DNA of 64,000 bases from Pseudomonadota bacterium. GTDB lineage: Bacteria > Bdellovibrionota_B > Oligoflexia > Silvanigrellales > Silvanigrellaceae. Shown here piece by piece: positions 31,701 to 40,518 of this stretch. Below the pieces are notes generated by a model that had not been told where the DNA came from, did no database searches, and worked only from the letters and a program-made list of their open reading frames with translations. A program made the position numbers and the translations under genes. The stretch lies in contig JBDLRP010000026.1 in the NCBI GenBank assembly GCA_039799905.1, forward strand, positions 92,298 through 156,297, in the 5' to 3' direction. Each line of letters opens with the position of its first letter. Position 1 is the first letter of the stretch.

Positions 31701-31917
31701 TTTCGAACGCGCCTTCGGCGACTCGAACTTCGCATACTTCCTCTCCAACGAACTGATGAGCAAAGATGCCCAAACAGTTTTGTTGCAAACGCGCTTTACT
31801 CCGGAAAAAGAAGCAGTTGAGCTTGTCTCGGGACGTTCATACCCTGTAGATGAAAGAGGTCGCATCAGTGTGACGATCGGGCGCGAACGGGCTGTGCTGT
31901 TCGTCCAACCCCGGTAA
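28690..31917 (+). CDS. Multimodular GH13 alpha-amylase/neopullulanase-like lipoprotein
   Basis: Lipobox ALSGC; YTLDGS.P module, CBM48-like VYVTGSF..W..YKFVV; YQIFPERF, GIRLDV, IAEDW, LDSHD. Confidence 0.9.
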   Translation: MNWFNNTLEHKSGFRFSIIVATLIAALSGCRSSSAPISGARLSQLAATSEPTYLWGQLATEAEPSAELQRLRRNQRGNVNNNAELPQLEIQTKMIGESGEQELSFRAHQGAKVFYTLDGSIPIVTGMRPQGSTKTFNANERISQPTLVRAIAVDQRGVASYLRSAIVTPKRADFKLSKLPPQSKQVKAVYVTGSFRGWSTGFDDNYRLTPQTDGSFQRTVLLDRTHEVLYKFVVRYEDETFSWLADGSQPQSGLAPYNNNILLSPRAQLAKSFIGKKDGLLDEAAIDLSMQSVAAIDAGERVVRFKLKMFEGDAESVSVAFSDGQQMALAPQSSYTVDSLRYTVYSGLLTLPESSIRSSFVVKAKDNENVFRIGRAGIITGDPFSSAQRPNTFDFNYNSVTQQINGEDLYQVPLWSVDATWYQIFPERFRNGDVSNDVLGEFPTEWEKSRPALSRLDRTISPWTGSWFSFTPVEKNMERIVRQTQPELDPREIQRQIIFTRRYGGDLRGVKDALPYLKALGITGVYFNPVFDSDSLHRYDTKDYRHVDPKLGPMTVGADGKPDLYEDDKKLLAAEKLDDPSTWKYTRADKEFMALVTELQANGIRVVIDGVFNHSATDGPLVEDIARRGRASPYYDWFATSYEGEANYYARSCQLSEFYPDAGEFPFASKIRFDSWAGFCPLINHRQGFPNGALHPGLQKHIFAVVDRWFEPKNIDGIQFNGVDGIRLDVYADVPVSFWRLFRKHLKSVKRDALIIAEDWYDGFDMLQGDQADGIMNYRARTLAESWFINPDQRNKFTPSAAQNFLETRLNGYREHIKHALWTMLDSHDTDRFLSKTIWQNRWLSTRPQDGNSWDNDTVNKPDRGALYSNDKPGLLEKEFYKGMVAFQMAYVGAPVVYYGAEIGMWGADDPTCRKPMVWDDLSAGQFETQCVTHPGAWCLENTGVKFSSEADKDMLAVHKRIIKARNEHPALRRGKLNSSLSLVVNGQAVSVGSPSADWTWLWGFERAFGDSNFAYFLSNELMSKDAQTVLLQTRFTPEKEAVELVSGRSYPVDERGRISVTIGRERAVLFVQPR

Positions 31918-31957
31918 GCCGACTGCGGCACCACTATTTGCAGGAAGGACTAACAAC

Positions 31958-32395
31958 ATGAGTGAGACCAAGTCGCGCCTGAGCGAAGATATCAAAAAAG
32001 CCATGAAAGATGGCGAAAAAGAACTTCTCGGCGTGTTGCGCATGATGTTCAACGAAGTCCGCAATGCAGAGATCAACGATCTCAAGGAACCTGGCCGTGT
32101 GCGCACCGAAGCTGAGGTCGTTCAGATTTTGGCCGCCTATCAAAAACAACTGCAAAAAAGCATGGCTGAATATCCGCCGGATCGGCAAGCACCGCTCAAG
32201 GCTGAACTCGCCATTGTGGAACGCTACCTCCCCAAAGCCCTGTCGCCTGCCGAACTTGAAGGTTTTATCAAAGACTATCTCGGCAAAACCAGCGAGAGGA
32301 ATTTCGGCCTGCTGATGAAGGCGATTCAGGGCGAACTGGTTGGACGTGTTGACGGCAAGTCACTCTCGGAAACTCTCAAGCGGGTACTCGGATAA
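31958..32395 (+). CDS. GatB/YqeY domain protein
   Basis: IKKAMKDG, ELAIVERYLPK, LVGRVDGK. Confidence 0.85.
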   Translation: MSETKSRLSEDIKKAMKDGEKELLGVLRMMFNEVRNAEINDLKEPGRVRTEAEVVQILAAYQKQLQKSMAEYPPDRQAPLKAELAIVERYLPKALSPAELEGFIKDYLGKTSERNFGLLMKAIQGELVGRVDGKSLSETLKRVLG

Positions 32396-33114
32396 TGAAG
32401 CCAGTTTATGTCATTCAGGGCGCCAACTCAGCGATGGCGCGGTCATTGATTTCGCTCAATCCAAATGCCCGTTTCGTTTTGATGAGCGAAAATCCGTTGA
32501 GCTACACTCCCGATGTCGAGCACATTTCGTTTCAGGGCTCGGCGCTTGACGAAGATTTCGTTAAAAAATCAATTCAAGCTGCAAATGAAAGCTTTCAGGG
32601 TATCGACGGCTACGCACATTTTTGCGGCTCGATTTTGCTCAAGCCGCTGCACATGACTCGCGCAGACGAATGGCAGGACCTGATGAACAAGCACGTCACA
32701 ACTGCATTCATTGGCCTAAAAGGTATTTTGCCAATCTTCAAACAGCAGGGCCGTGGCAGTGTTGTTTTGATCTCCAGCACCGCAGCCCGCATCGGCTTGC
32801 AAAATCACGAAGCAATTGCAGCGGCGAAAGGTGCACTTGAAGCTCTCGTGCGATCATGCTCTGCCACCTATGCGCCTGTGCGCTTCAATTGCGTTGCTCC
32901 AGGGTTGACACGTTCACGAATGAGCCAACGCATTGTCGAAAATGAAGTGTCCCTGAAGGCCAGTCTGAATCTGCAGTCCATCCAGCGTTTGTCAGAAGCC
33001 GAAGATCCGGCGCGTGCCGTATCTTTTCTTTTGAGTGAACACAGCCAAATGATCACCGGTCAGACGATTGCGACCGATGGCGGATTGTCGTCCACGAAAC
33101 GATTGAACCCTTAA
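32395..33114 (+). CDS. SDR oxidoreductase
   Basis: GSILLKPLH, NHEAIAAAKG, RFNCVAPGLT, ITGQ..DGG; N-terminal Gly motif degenerate. Confidence 0.85.
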   Translation: MKPVYVIQGANSAMARSLISLNPNARFVLMSENPLSYTPDVEHISFQGSALDEDFVKKSIQAANESFQGIDGYAHFCGSILLKPLHMTRADEWQDLMNKHVTTAFIGLKGILPIFKQQGRGSVVLISSTAARIGLQNHEAIAAAKGALEALVRSCSATYAPVRFNCVAPGLTRSRMSQRIVENEVSLKASLNLQSIQRLSEAEDPARAVSFLLSEHSQMITGQTIATDGGLSSTKRLNP

Positions 33115-33131
33115 TTCAAGAGTGTGACGCA

Positions 33132-33641
33132 ATGAAAATTCATTTTTTGTTAGCAGCCATTCCGATGTTGCTGCCTGCATGCCAGACGCCGCGAGAGTTC
33201 AATCAGCCCGATGCCTCAACCAACGGCGCCAGCGACGACCTCAGCATGGACGACGAAAAACTTCTCAGGTTGAGAGGCTACGTTGCCAAAGCAGGCTTTC
33301 CACGCTGGGACCACAACCGTGCGACCTGTATTATTCTTTGCGAATCGGGCGGCCGTGCGAACGCACGTTCAGGCCCACACGTCGGACTCTTCCAAATCAA
33401 CGAATCTTACCCGAGCAGTGAAGCAGGTCGCGGCGTTAAACATCCGACTCAAGCCGCTTGGGATGCCACCGGCAAACGCTGTGGAAGCAACCTCGAAGAT
33501 CCACAGGTCAATGCAGATTGTGCATTTGTGCGACTTTCGCGCGCCGGCTGGAAAGATTGGGATTGCGGTGGAGCGGTGTCATCTCTGACGCCAAAGGTGG
33601 AGGCCTGCATCAGTCGGCTCGACAAACGCCTCGGAAAATAG
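33132..33641 (+). CDS. Lysozyme-like (GH22/SLT-like fold) lipoprotein
   Basis: Lipobox LLPAC; CESGG, GLFQIN, DPQVNADCA, GWKDW. Confidence 0.7.
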   Translation: MKIHFLLAAIPMLLPACQTPREFNQPDASTNGASDDLSMDDEKLLRLRGYVAKAGFPRWDHNRATCIILCESGGRANARSGPHVGLFQINESYPSSEAGRGVKHPTQAAWDATGKRCGSNLEDPQVNADCAFVRLSRAGWKDWDCGGAVSSLTPKVEACISRLDKRLGK

Positions 33642-33687
33642 GTACCCGCTACCTGCGAAGATTTTCCAAAAAGATGTTCAAATTCAA

Positions 33688-34530
33688 CTACTGGCAATTC
33701 GCTGTTCCGGCGCCGACCCTGTAAACATTGGGTGCTGCGCAGCTCGCAAGTTTTGCCGACGTAAACGTGATCGTATTTTGTTTTCCGCTGAAGGCAGCCA
33801 CTGCGGCCTCGAGTTTTCCATTGGCAGAAAAGGTCACGCTCGTTTTATTGCCGGACCCTCCCTGATAGCTCAATATGCCTGAAACTTTTGTATTGTTGCC
33901 TTCGATGTTCACGCTGCTGCCCTGACCTGACATTATGCATATTCCACGGATGGCATCGCCCTGCAGAGGTATATTCAGTGACCCGCCGCGATCGATATAA
34001 ACGAGCAGAACCTCATCCCGCGCAACAGTGCCGGACACCAGCGGCCCAATCACCTTTGTCACGTCGACCTGCATAACCGAGGCACACGTCTGTTTGAATT
34101 TCTGGAGATTGCCTGCAACGGTTCCAAGGCTTCTGATATTTTCCAGTTTGAACTGAAATGCCGGCTCAGAGACTGAACCACCGGCCGAGCCCCCCGCTGT
34201 TCCTCCGGATGCGGAGCCGCCGGAGGAGCCCGTTCCGCCAGTTCCGCTGCCGTTGGACTGATCCGATGCCAAAACAGCATCCTCAATCGATTTTGAAAGT
34301 TCCGCCTCTGCTTCATCTTGCTCAGCTTCGCTCAATCCAGTCTCAAGAACGATACTGTCGCCCTCACCTCGCTCCAATTGCTCCTTGACCTGCTTGACGC
34401 GATCGGTACCGCTTCCCGACACCGAGAACGCAACACGGTAAGAGTCGGCAGAGGAAAATTGTGTTGGCTGACTGCTGCATGCAATGACAGTGAAGAGCGA
34501 CGCTGTTGCACTGAAATATAGAGCTCTCAT
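33688..34530 (-). CDS. Hypothetical lipoprotein with Gly/Ser linker and beta-rich C-terminus
   Basis: Lipobox VIAC; GSGTGGTGSSGGSASGG linker. Confidence 0.7.
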   Translation of the reverse strand: MRALYFSATASLFTVIACSSQPTQFSSADSYRVAFSVSGSGTDRVKQVKEQLERGEGDSIVLETGLSEAEQDEAEAELSKSIEDAVLASDQSNGSGTGGTGSSGGSASGGTAGGSAGGSVSEPAFQFKLENIRSLGTVAGNLQKFKQTCASVMQVDVTKVIGPLVSGTVARDEVLLVYIDRGGSLNIPLQGDAIRGICIMSGQGSSVNIEGNNTKVSGILSYQGGSGNKTSVTFSANGKLEAAVAAFSGKQNTITFTSAKLASCAAPNVYRVGAGTANCQ

Positions 34531-34664
34531 TACAGTCCCCCCACCCGAACAACTGGCCCAATTTCGCATTGGCTGGAGCGGTATTTTTCACAGAAATCTT
34601 AAGGGATATTTTTTTTACGCAGTGTATTTCGATAAGTTAGACACCGAAAACATGACCCCGGCGG

Positions 34665-35507
34665 TCATCCTTTGACGCCACCCAGCGTCAGTCCGGAAAT
34701 CATATACTTGCTGGAGTAAAGAAAAAGCATCACGACAGGAACGGAGATAAGCACCGAGCCAGCTGCAAACAGCCCCCACTCCGAGTTGAAATTTCCCTGC
34801 AATTCGTAGAGACCCAGTGGCCACGTGCGAAGGCGCGAATCCTGCAGCAAGGTCGAGGCGACCAAATATTCATTCCATGCCTGGGTAAAATTAAACAAAA
34901 AAACAATAGCCAGCGAAGGCTTCGAAAGCGGCAAAAGAATTCTGTAAAATGCGCCAAACTCCGTGCAGCCGTCGATGCGCGCCGCTTCCTCAAGACTCTT
35001 GGGCACAGTATCGAAGTAACCTTTTAAAATCCAAATTGAAAACGGAAGTGTGGTGACGGAGTAAGCAATCACCAAGCCGGTGTAGGTGTTGTTCAGTCCA
35101 ATTTTTGTCAACACAAGATAAATGGGAAGCAAAAGCATCGCACCCGGGATCATCTGCGTCGTCATAAGGAACAACAGTCCAGACTTGCGGCCAGGGAATG
35201 TGTAACGGGCAAATGCGTAAGCAGCAGTTGCAGCCAGACAGACGCCAATCAGACTTGTGGTAACTGTGATGAGCAGACTGTTGAACAGCCACTGCAAGAA
35301 AGGCTTCTGGGTGATGATTGTAACGTAACTCGCAAGGCTGGCGTCATCGGGAATCAGGCTCATGTCGGACGACAACAAACGGTTCCCCGGCCGCAGCGAA
35401 ATCGTCACGATGCGCGAGACGGGAAACAATGCGACGATACAGGCCAGCCAGAGAAAGGCATGGGTCAATAGAGACTGTGGTCGACTGACTTTTTCTAGCG
35501 ATGACAC
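34665..35507 (-). CDS. malG: Maltodextrin ABC permease
   Basis: LKGYFDTVPKSLEEAARIDG, WNEY, GLTLGGVKG. Confidence 0.88.
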   Translation of the reverse strand: MSSLEKVSRPQSLLTHAFLWLACIVALFPVSRIVTISLRPGNRLLSSDMSLIPDDASLASYVTIITQKPFLQWLFNSLLITVTTSLIGVCLAATAAYAFARYTFPGRKSGLLFLMTTQMIPGAMLLLPIYLVLTKIGLNNTYTGLVIAYSVTTLPFSIWILKGYFDTVPKSLEEAARIDGCTEFGAFYRILLPLSKPSLAIVFLFNFTQAWNEYLVASTLLQDSRLRTWPLGLYELQGNFNSEWGLFAAGSVLISVPVVMLFLYSSKYMISGLTLGGVKG

Positions 35508-35531
35508 GACGTGCTCACTCCCTGTGCTCGA

Positions 35532-36761
35532 TTACCTGCGGTTCGGATCTTCGGTCATTTTTGAGCTCTTCATCCACACCGCTGTCAGCACCAACAAAAT
35601 CAGAAAAATCACGATCGCATAGGCGGCCGAAAAGCTATAGCGGTTGTAGACAAAAGCTTGTTTGTAAAGGTCACTGACCAGAATATCGGCCCCCTCGGAA
35701 CCGCCGCGCTGGGCCGTCATCAGATACACCACATTGACGTTATTGAACGTCCAGATCATTCCTAAAATCATGGATGGAACCATGACGGGCTTTATCAGCG
35801 GAAGAGTGATGTTTCTGAAGCGCTGCCAAGCGGAAGCTCCGTCGAGGCTAGCCGCCTCGTAGTAGCTTTTTGAAATTGACTGTAAGGCGCTCAGCGAAAC
35901 CACCATCATGAACGGAATGCCCAACCAAATGTTCACAATGCAAATCGAGGCAAACAGCGCGTGCGGATCCGTCCACCACTCTTGAGGTTTGAAACCCACC
36001 CATTCGAAGGGTGCGATGCGGGTCTCTCCAACTGAGAAACTGAAAACATCGTTCATCAGTTGTATCAGATGATTCACATATCCATAGGCGGAGTGAAACT
36101 CACCGCGCCAAGCCAGAACTGCAATCAGCTGGGGAATCGCCCAAGGCAGCATGAGGATGGTGCGGTAAATACCCGCCCCACGAATCTTTTGGTTGAGGAA
36201 AAGCGCCAAAATAAGACCGAATGCGACGTGAAACACAAGGTTGATGCCTGTCCACGCAAAAGTGCGCGCAGTGACAAGCCAAAAACTTTCTTTGGTCTCG
36301 CTACCCAGCTTGAGCACTTCGAGAAAATTCTCGAAACCGACGAATTGAATGCTGCCCGTGCGGATCCAATCGCCGAGAGTTTCCAGGTTGAGCCTGTGAA
36401 ACGAGAGGTAAACCTCGAATGCCAGAGGATAAAGGAACAGCAAAGTCACGCCCGCAGTTGCGGGGGCTGCAAACAAAAATGGAACCATCCAGCGGCCGCG
36501 GATGAGGTATTTGAAGATGAGTGCGGCCACAAACGGCAACGCACCGAGCACTATCGAAAGAACAAGCGCCGCCTCGAACACCAGAACGAGTTCGGCACCA
36601 GCGACCAACGAGACGAGCGCCGCCGCCGGAAGATAGTAGTCAGAACGCCAATATTTATAATTGACCCACAAAAAACCGACCACCGCCGAAACAGCAAGTG
36701 CGACGAGCAAAAGAAGGCGTATGATTTCAAGGATTGCCGGCAGCAAAGATACGCTCATCAT
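35532..36761 (-). CDS. malF: Maltodextrin ABC permease
   Basis: LPWAIP, NIWLGIPFMM, YEAASLDGA, ITLPL. Confidence 0.88.
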   Translation of the reverse strand: MMSVSLLPAILEIIRLLLLVALAVSAVVGFLWVNYKYWRSDYYLPAAALVSLVAGAELVLVFEAALVLSIVLGALPFVAALIFKYLIRGRWMVPFLFAAPATAGVTLLFLYPLAFEVYLSFHRLNLETLGDWIRTGSIQFVGFENFLEVLKLGSETKESFWLVTARTFAWTGINLVFHVAFGLILALFLNQKIRGAGIYRTILMLPWAIPQLIAVLAWRGEFHSAYGYVNHLIQLMNDVFSFSVGETRIAPFEWVGFKPQEWWTDPHALFASICIVNIWLGIPFMMVVSLSALQSISKSYYEAASLDGASAWQRFRNITLPLIKPVMVPSMILGMIWTFNNVNVVYLMTAQRGGSEGADILVSDLYKQAFVYNRYSFSAAYAIVIFLILLVLTAVWMKSSKMTEDPNRR

Positions 36762-36779
36762 GGTGCTTTTGACTCTGGT

Positions 36780-38138
36780 TTATTTTTTGAGTGAAGCGAG
36801 CTTTTCGAGCGCGCTCTGCTGCATGATCTCAACACCTTTTTCGGGTGTAATGTCGCCTGACATAATCTTCTGCTGAACGGGGCGCATCGCATCCCATGCA
36901 GCACGCATTTCCGTTTGAGCAGGCATCGGACGACCGTTTGCAGCGGCAGCAATCAGCGGCTGAATGGATTGCAGGCCGGTCACGCGTGGGTCGTTGAGTG
37001 CTTCAGCTGTCGCAGGAATACGGCCCAGACGCTCGGCAACTTCAATTTGGATTTCGCGGGAAGTGAGGAATTCGACAAACTTCTTCACAGCTTCTTTTTT
37101 GGCATCCGCAATCTGCGCATTAATAAAGACGTAACGTCCGCTGACCATCGGAGTGAGCGGCTTATTGGTTTCGCTCAGGACAGGCAGAGGCGCCATTCCG
37201 AGCTGGTCTCCAAGTTTGGCCTGAAACTCTTTGACGCTCCAGTCGCCGTTGATTGTCATTGCGGCCTTGCCTTCGAGGAACAACCCCTTGGCACAGTCGT
37301 AATCACATTCTTTTGGAATCACCTGTTCCTTGGACTTTAGATTGTAGACATACGCGAGTGCGTTCTTCATCGCTTCGGAATTCAGCTCGACGCGTGCGTT
37401 GCCTTCCAAGTCGACCGAAAGAGGCCAACCGCCGAACGCTCCAACGAAGGGAACGAGCCAAAACGGTTCGTTTTGAAAAAACACAAGTCCGAATTTGCCG
37501 GTTTTGGCATCTGTGTTTTTGCGCGCGGTTTCGACCATTTCCGCTGTCGTTGCCGGCGCCTGAGAGACGAGATTTTTGTTGAAGAACAACAGCAGGTGAT
37601 TGCCGTAGGTGGTCGGAACGCCCATCACGGCGCCCTTGAGCTTAACGGCTTCCGCAGCAGCTGGCGTGAATTTGGAAACATCGACGAAGGTCTCAACGGA
37701 TTGAATCAGCTTTGCCGTCGTAAAGACTCCGGCGATGTCGTTGGGACCCCAGACCAATTCAGCGGCCTGTCCGGCTGTCGCCGCAGTGGTAAATTTAGTG
37801 CGCAGATCTTCGTTGGGGTATGTTTGCCTTACAACACGGATATTGGGATTGGCTGTCGTGAAACGGGTGATCCAGTCGTCCATCACCTTGGTGTTTTCAG
37901 ACTCTTCCTGATCCCACAAACTGATTTCAACTGTACCGCCCGCGGTCTGTGTTTCGCCTGTCGTCGCAGTGCCGGCGCCCTTCTTTTGGCCGGTCATCAG
38001 CTGCAGGCCAATCAATCCTGCAATGCCGAGTGCGGCAACGGCAAAGATGATCTTGGGCTTGTGATTTGCCGGCGAGGGTGATTGTCCCGATTGATTCTGA
38101 TTGGAATTTTGCAGAATGGCATTGATTTTCGGAAACAT
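36780..38138 (-). CDS. malE: Maltose/maltodextrin-binding protein with N-terminal hydrophobic anchor
   Basis: FNKNLV, FLEGKAAMTINGDW, PMP..EMRAAW; GAGGGAG RBS before 38138. Confidence 0.8.
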   Translation of the reverse strand: MFPKINAILQNSNQNQSGQSPSPANHKPKIIFAVAALGIAGLIGLQLMTGQKKGAGTATTGETQTAGGTVEISLWDQEESENTKVMDDWITRFTTANPNIRVVRQTYPNEDLRTKFTTAATAGQAAELVWGPNDIAGVFTTAKLIQSVETFVDVSKFTPAAAEAVKLKGAVMGVPTTYGNHLLLFFNKNLVSQAPATTAEMVETARKNTDAKTGKFGLVFFQNEPFWLVPFVGAFGGWPLSVDLEGNARVELNSEAMKNALAYVYNLKSKEQVIPKECDYDCAKGLFLEGKAAMTINGDWSVKEFQAKLGDQLGMAPLPVLSETNKPLTPMVSGRYVFINAQIADAKKEAVKKFVEFLTSREIQIEVAERLGRIPATAEALNDPRVTGLQSIQPLIAAAANGRPMPAQTEMRAAWDAMRPVQQKIMSGDITPEKGVEIMQQSALEKLASLKK

Positions 38139-38146
38139 GGTCTCCC

Positions 38147-40390
38147 TCATTTCTTCAAATTGTTGGAATTGGAAAATGCAGATTCAGAGTTCATGACTGA
38201 AATCCAGACTTCTTTCGGCAGCTGGCAGGTTGCCAGAACAAACATCGCGTGAGACCAAGTGAGCGGCATCACCCAAGAGGGTTCTCCAGTGACAGGATCG
38301 ATTTGCTCCGGCATTTGCCCTTCGCGCGGAGTATGACGAATGACCCACGCACAGCACTCGGTTGCCAAACTCATTTCACCGCAGCGAGCTGCAGCTAGTG
38401 CAAGCCAGAGAGTGGTGAGAATCCACGGTTGGCCATCGCGATAGTGATCACCCTCGTATCTTCCGATACCGCCCGCGCCCTGACGCCAAAGTGTTTTGCG
38501 CATTGCGCTGCAGAGATCTGGCAATACTTTTTGTGCGTAATTTTTGGATACCGCCTCGAATGGTTCGACAACTCCCAACAAGGAGACGTCGAGAACGTAA
38601 TCCGAGGACCAGCGCAGAGCGCAAACGCTTGAATCGACAGCACGGCCCTTGGAATGTCCTGCTCCCGTCTCGGTTGAGGAATACTGCAATGTAGATTGTT
38701 GGGTTGTATTCTTGAGAAAGAGTGTGCGCGCAAAACCAGTCGGTGTCGATGGCGCTGATGCAACCAAATGCTCTTCTAGCAAACCAGAGAGCACAGCGGC
38801 ACGTTCGCGCCACAGCGGCGGCACCGGCCACTTCATGTGCTCAGCCAAATCAGCAGCGGCGCGCAGCCCTGCGACAGCTGCAGCAACGGAATATAAGTGA
38901 ACGCCTTCTCTCTCTTCCCAGAGATCAAAACCGTCTGAAATCCAGTCCGTGTTTTCGAATTTGCTGGTGGCAAGCCAGTGTGCAGCCCGCTCAACCATAC
39001 CGCGCAAGCGTGATGCACCTTCGGTCAGGCCGGAGAGCTTGACGTGCTGCCAGAGTCCGAACAACACACTGCCGGTTTCGTCGGGCTGCAGCAGACCCCA
39101 GCTTGGCCCGAGATGACCGCTCATGTCATGGCGGTGCAGGAAGCTGCCGTTTTCGGCCTGGCACTTGGCCATGTATTCATAAAATTTTTCGGATTCTTCG
39201 AACATGCCGGCGGTGTCCATCGCCAGCGAAATAAAGCCAGCATCACGGCCCCAACAATATCCGTAGCCACCGCATCCAGTGAATTCAAACTGAAATTCGG
39301 GAGCTGCGATGATTCCGCCGGACGGGTCCTGCATCTGCCTGAGTGTCAGCAGAGTGCGATCATACAATGAGCGCACGTACTCCGGCAGTTCGGGAGGGCG
39401 GCGGTTCTTGTGAATACTCGAAAGCCACTGTTCGTCGTGCTGACAGACGGCTGCCCGAGCGGCAATAAACGAGCTGCCCGGCCGGCGAACAGCCTGCTCC
39501 AATGAGTGCGCAAAGGTGAACGTGAGTTCGAATGGCTGACGCGCATCCACCGGCCACACCATCAGGCCCTGACTGGTTCCCGTTGCAATGGGTTCCGTTT
39601 GATATTTTGTCCAGCTGCTAAGAATTTGTTCGCGCACTGCCGCAGGTGCACCGCTGCCGAGCTGCTTCAAGGTTGTCAGGGTCGAAGACAGCGCCGCCGA
39701 AAATGCCGCAATCGCGCAATGTCCGGCCTGCATTTGAACACATGATGCAAATGCGGGAGTGCGCGCTGTTTCGTTTTGCGCAACGGAGAAAGAGAAGAAC
39801 AAACCGGCATGATAAGACACCAGAGCACCTGCCGACAGTGCAGAATAGGTGGTCTGCAAAAGCTGGCTGCAGTGAAATTCCGGCTGATGCCAATGAACCA
39901 CAAAAACAGAAAACTCACTTGGAACGTTCTCAAGACTGAACTGTTCACGAAGGCAGTTCGAGGAAACAAAACTCTCCGTTTTTAACTGGATATTTTCTGA
40001 AAAATCGTCGCATTCAAACTCGAAAACAGACTGTGAAATGTCGGCGCCGCCAACCAGCCTGCTGTCGCGCGCAATGCACGTTGCCACGGTGACAGGATGA
40101 TCGGCAGGAATAAGATCTTCGAGTTGTTCGTCTGCAACCCATTCGTTGGTGGGCAGTGGCAAAAGCACGGCACGCGACAGACCGTCGACGGGCGTCTTGC
40201 GGACCAACAGAACGTGCGAAAATGTCTTGCGTGTCAGCAGCCCGTGCGCATCGCGCGTCGGAGCAAAAAACAACGATGGACGCGGACCAGCCTTCTGCTG
40301 TGGCTTCAGGTCGAGTGGACTGATGTCCGAGTCTCGGGCGCTGCCGAAGCCGACGAGAAGAGAGTCGCGTGCGAGCGTGTATTGCAGCAT
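38147..40390 (-). CDS. GH15 glucoamylase-like glycoside hydrolase
   Basis: GGIIAAP, YGYCWGRD, DLWEE, MPEQ, LTWSHA. Confidence 0.88.
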   Translation of the reverse strand: MLQYTLARDSLLVGFGSARDSDISPLDLKPQQKAGPRPSLFFAPTRDAHGLLTRKTFSHVLLVRKTPVDGLSRAVLLPLPTNEWVADEQLEDLIPADHPVTVATCIARDSRLVGGADISQSVFEFECDDFSENIQLKTESFVSSNCLREQFSLENVPSEFSVFVVHWHQPEFHCSQLLQTTYSALSAGALVSYHAGLFFSFSVAQNETARTPAFASCVQMQAGHCAIAAFSAALSSTLTTLKQLGSGAPAAVREQILSSWTKYQTEPIATGTSQGLMVWPVDARQPFELTFTFAHSLEQAVRRPGSSFIAARAAVCQHDEQWLSSIHKNRRPPELPEYVRSLYDRTLLTLRQMQDPSGGIIAAPEFQFEFTGCGGYGYCWGRDAGFISLAMDTAGMFEESEKFYEYMAKCQAENGSFLHRHDMSGHLGPSWGLLQPDETGSVLFGLWQHVKLSGLTEGASRLRGMVERAAHWLATSKFENTDWISDGFDLWEEREGVHLYSVAAAVAGLRAAADLAEHMKWPVPPLWRERAAVLSGLLEEHLVASAPSTPTGFARTLFLKNTTQQSTLQYSSTETGAGHSKGRAVDSSVCALRWSSDYVLDVSLLGVVEPFEAVSKNYAQKVLPDLCSAMRKTLWRQGAGGIGRYEGDHYRDGQPWILTTLWLALAAARCGEMSLATECCAWVIRHTPREGQMPEQIDPVTGEPSWVMPLTWSHAMFVLATCQLPKEVWISVMNSESAFSNSNNLKK

Positions 40391-40518
40391 GAGACAAAAA
40401 CTCCGTCCGAGGTCTGATTGTTCCTTGGCATGTTGGGGCAGAGAACTACTTTAAATGCCCCAGACTGGCAAGCCAGCAAGGGGCAATTAACGCTGTAAAT
40501 ACAAGTGTTTTGTAAACA

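Noticed and set aside
31925..31943. Sigma-54-like GGCAC...TTGC before yqeY
   Set aside because: GG-to-GC spacing is 11 nt, not the required 10
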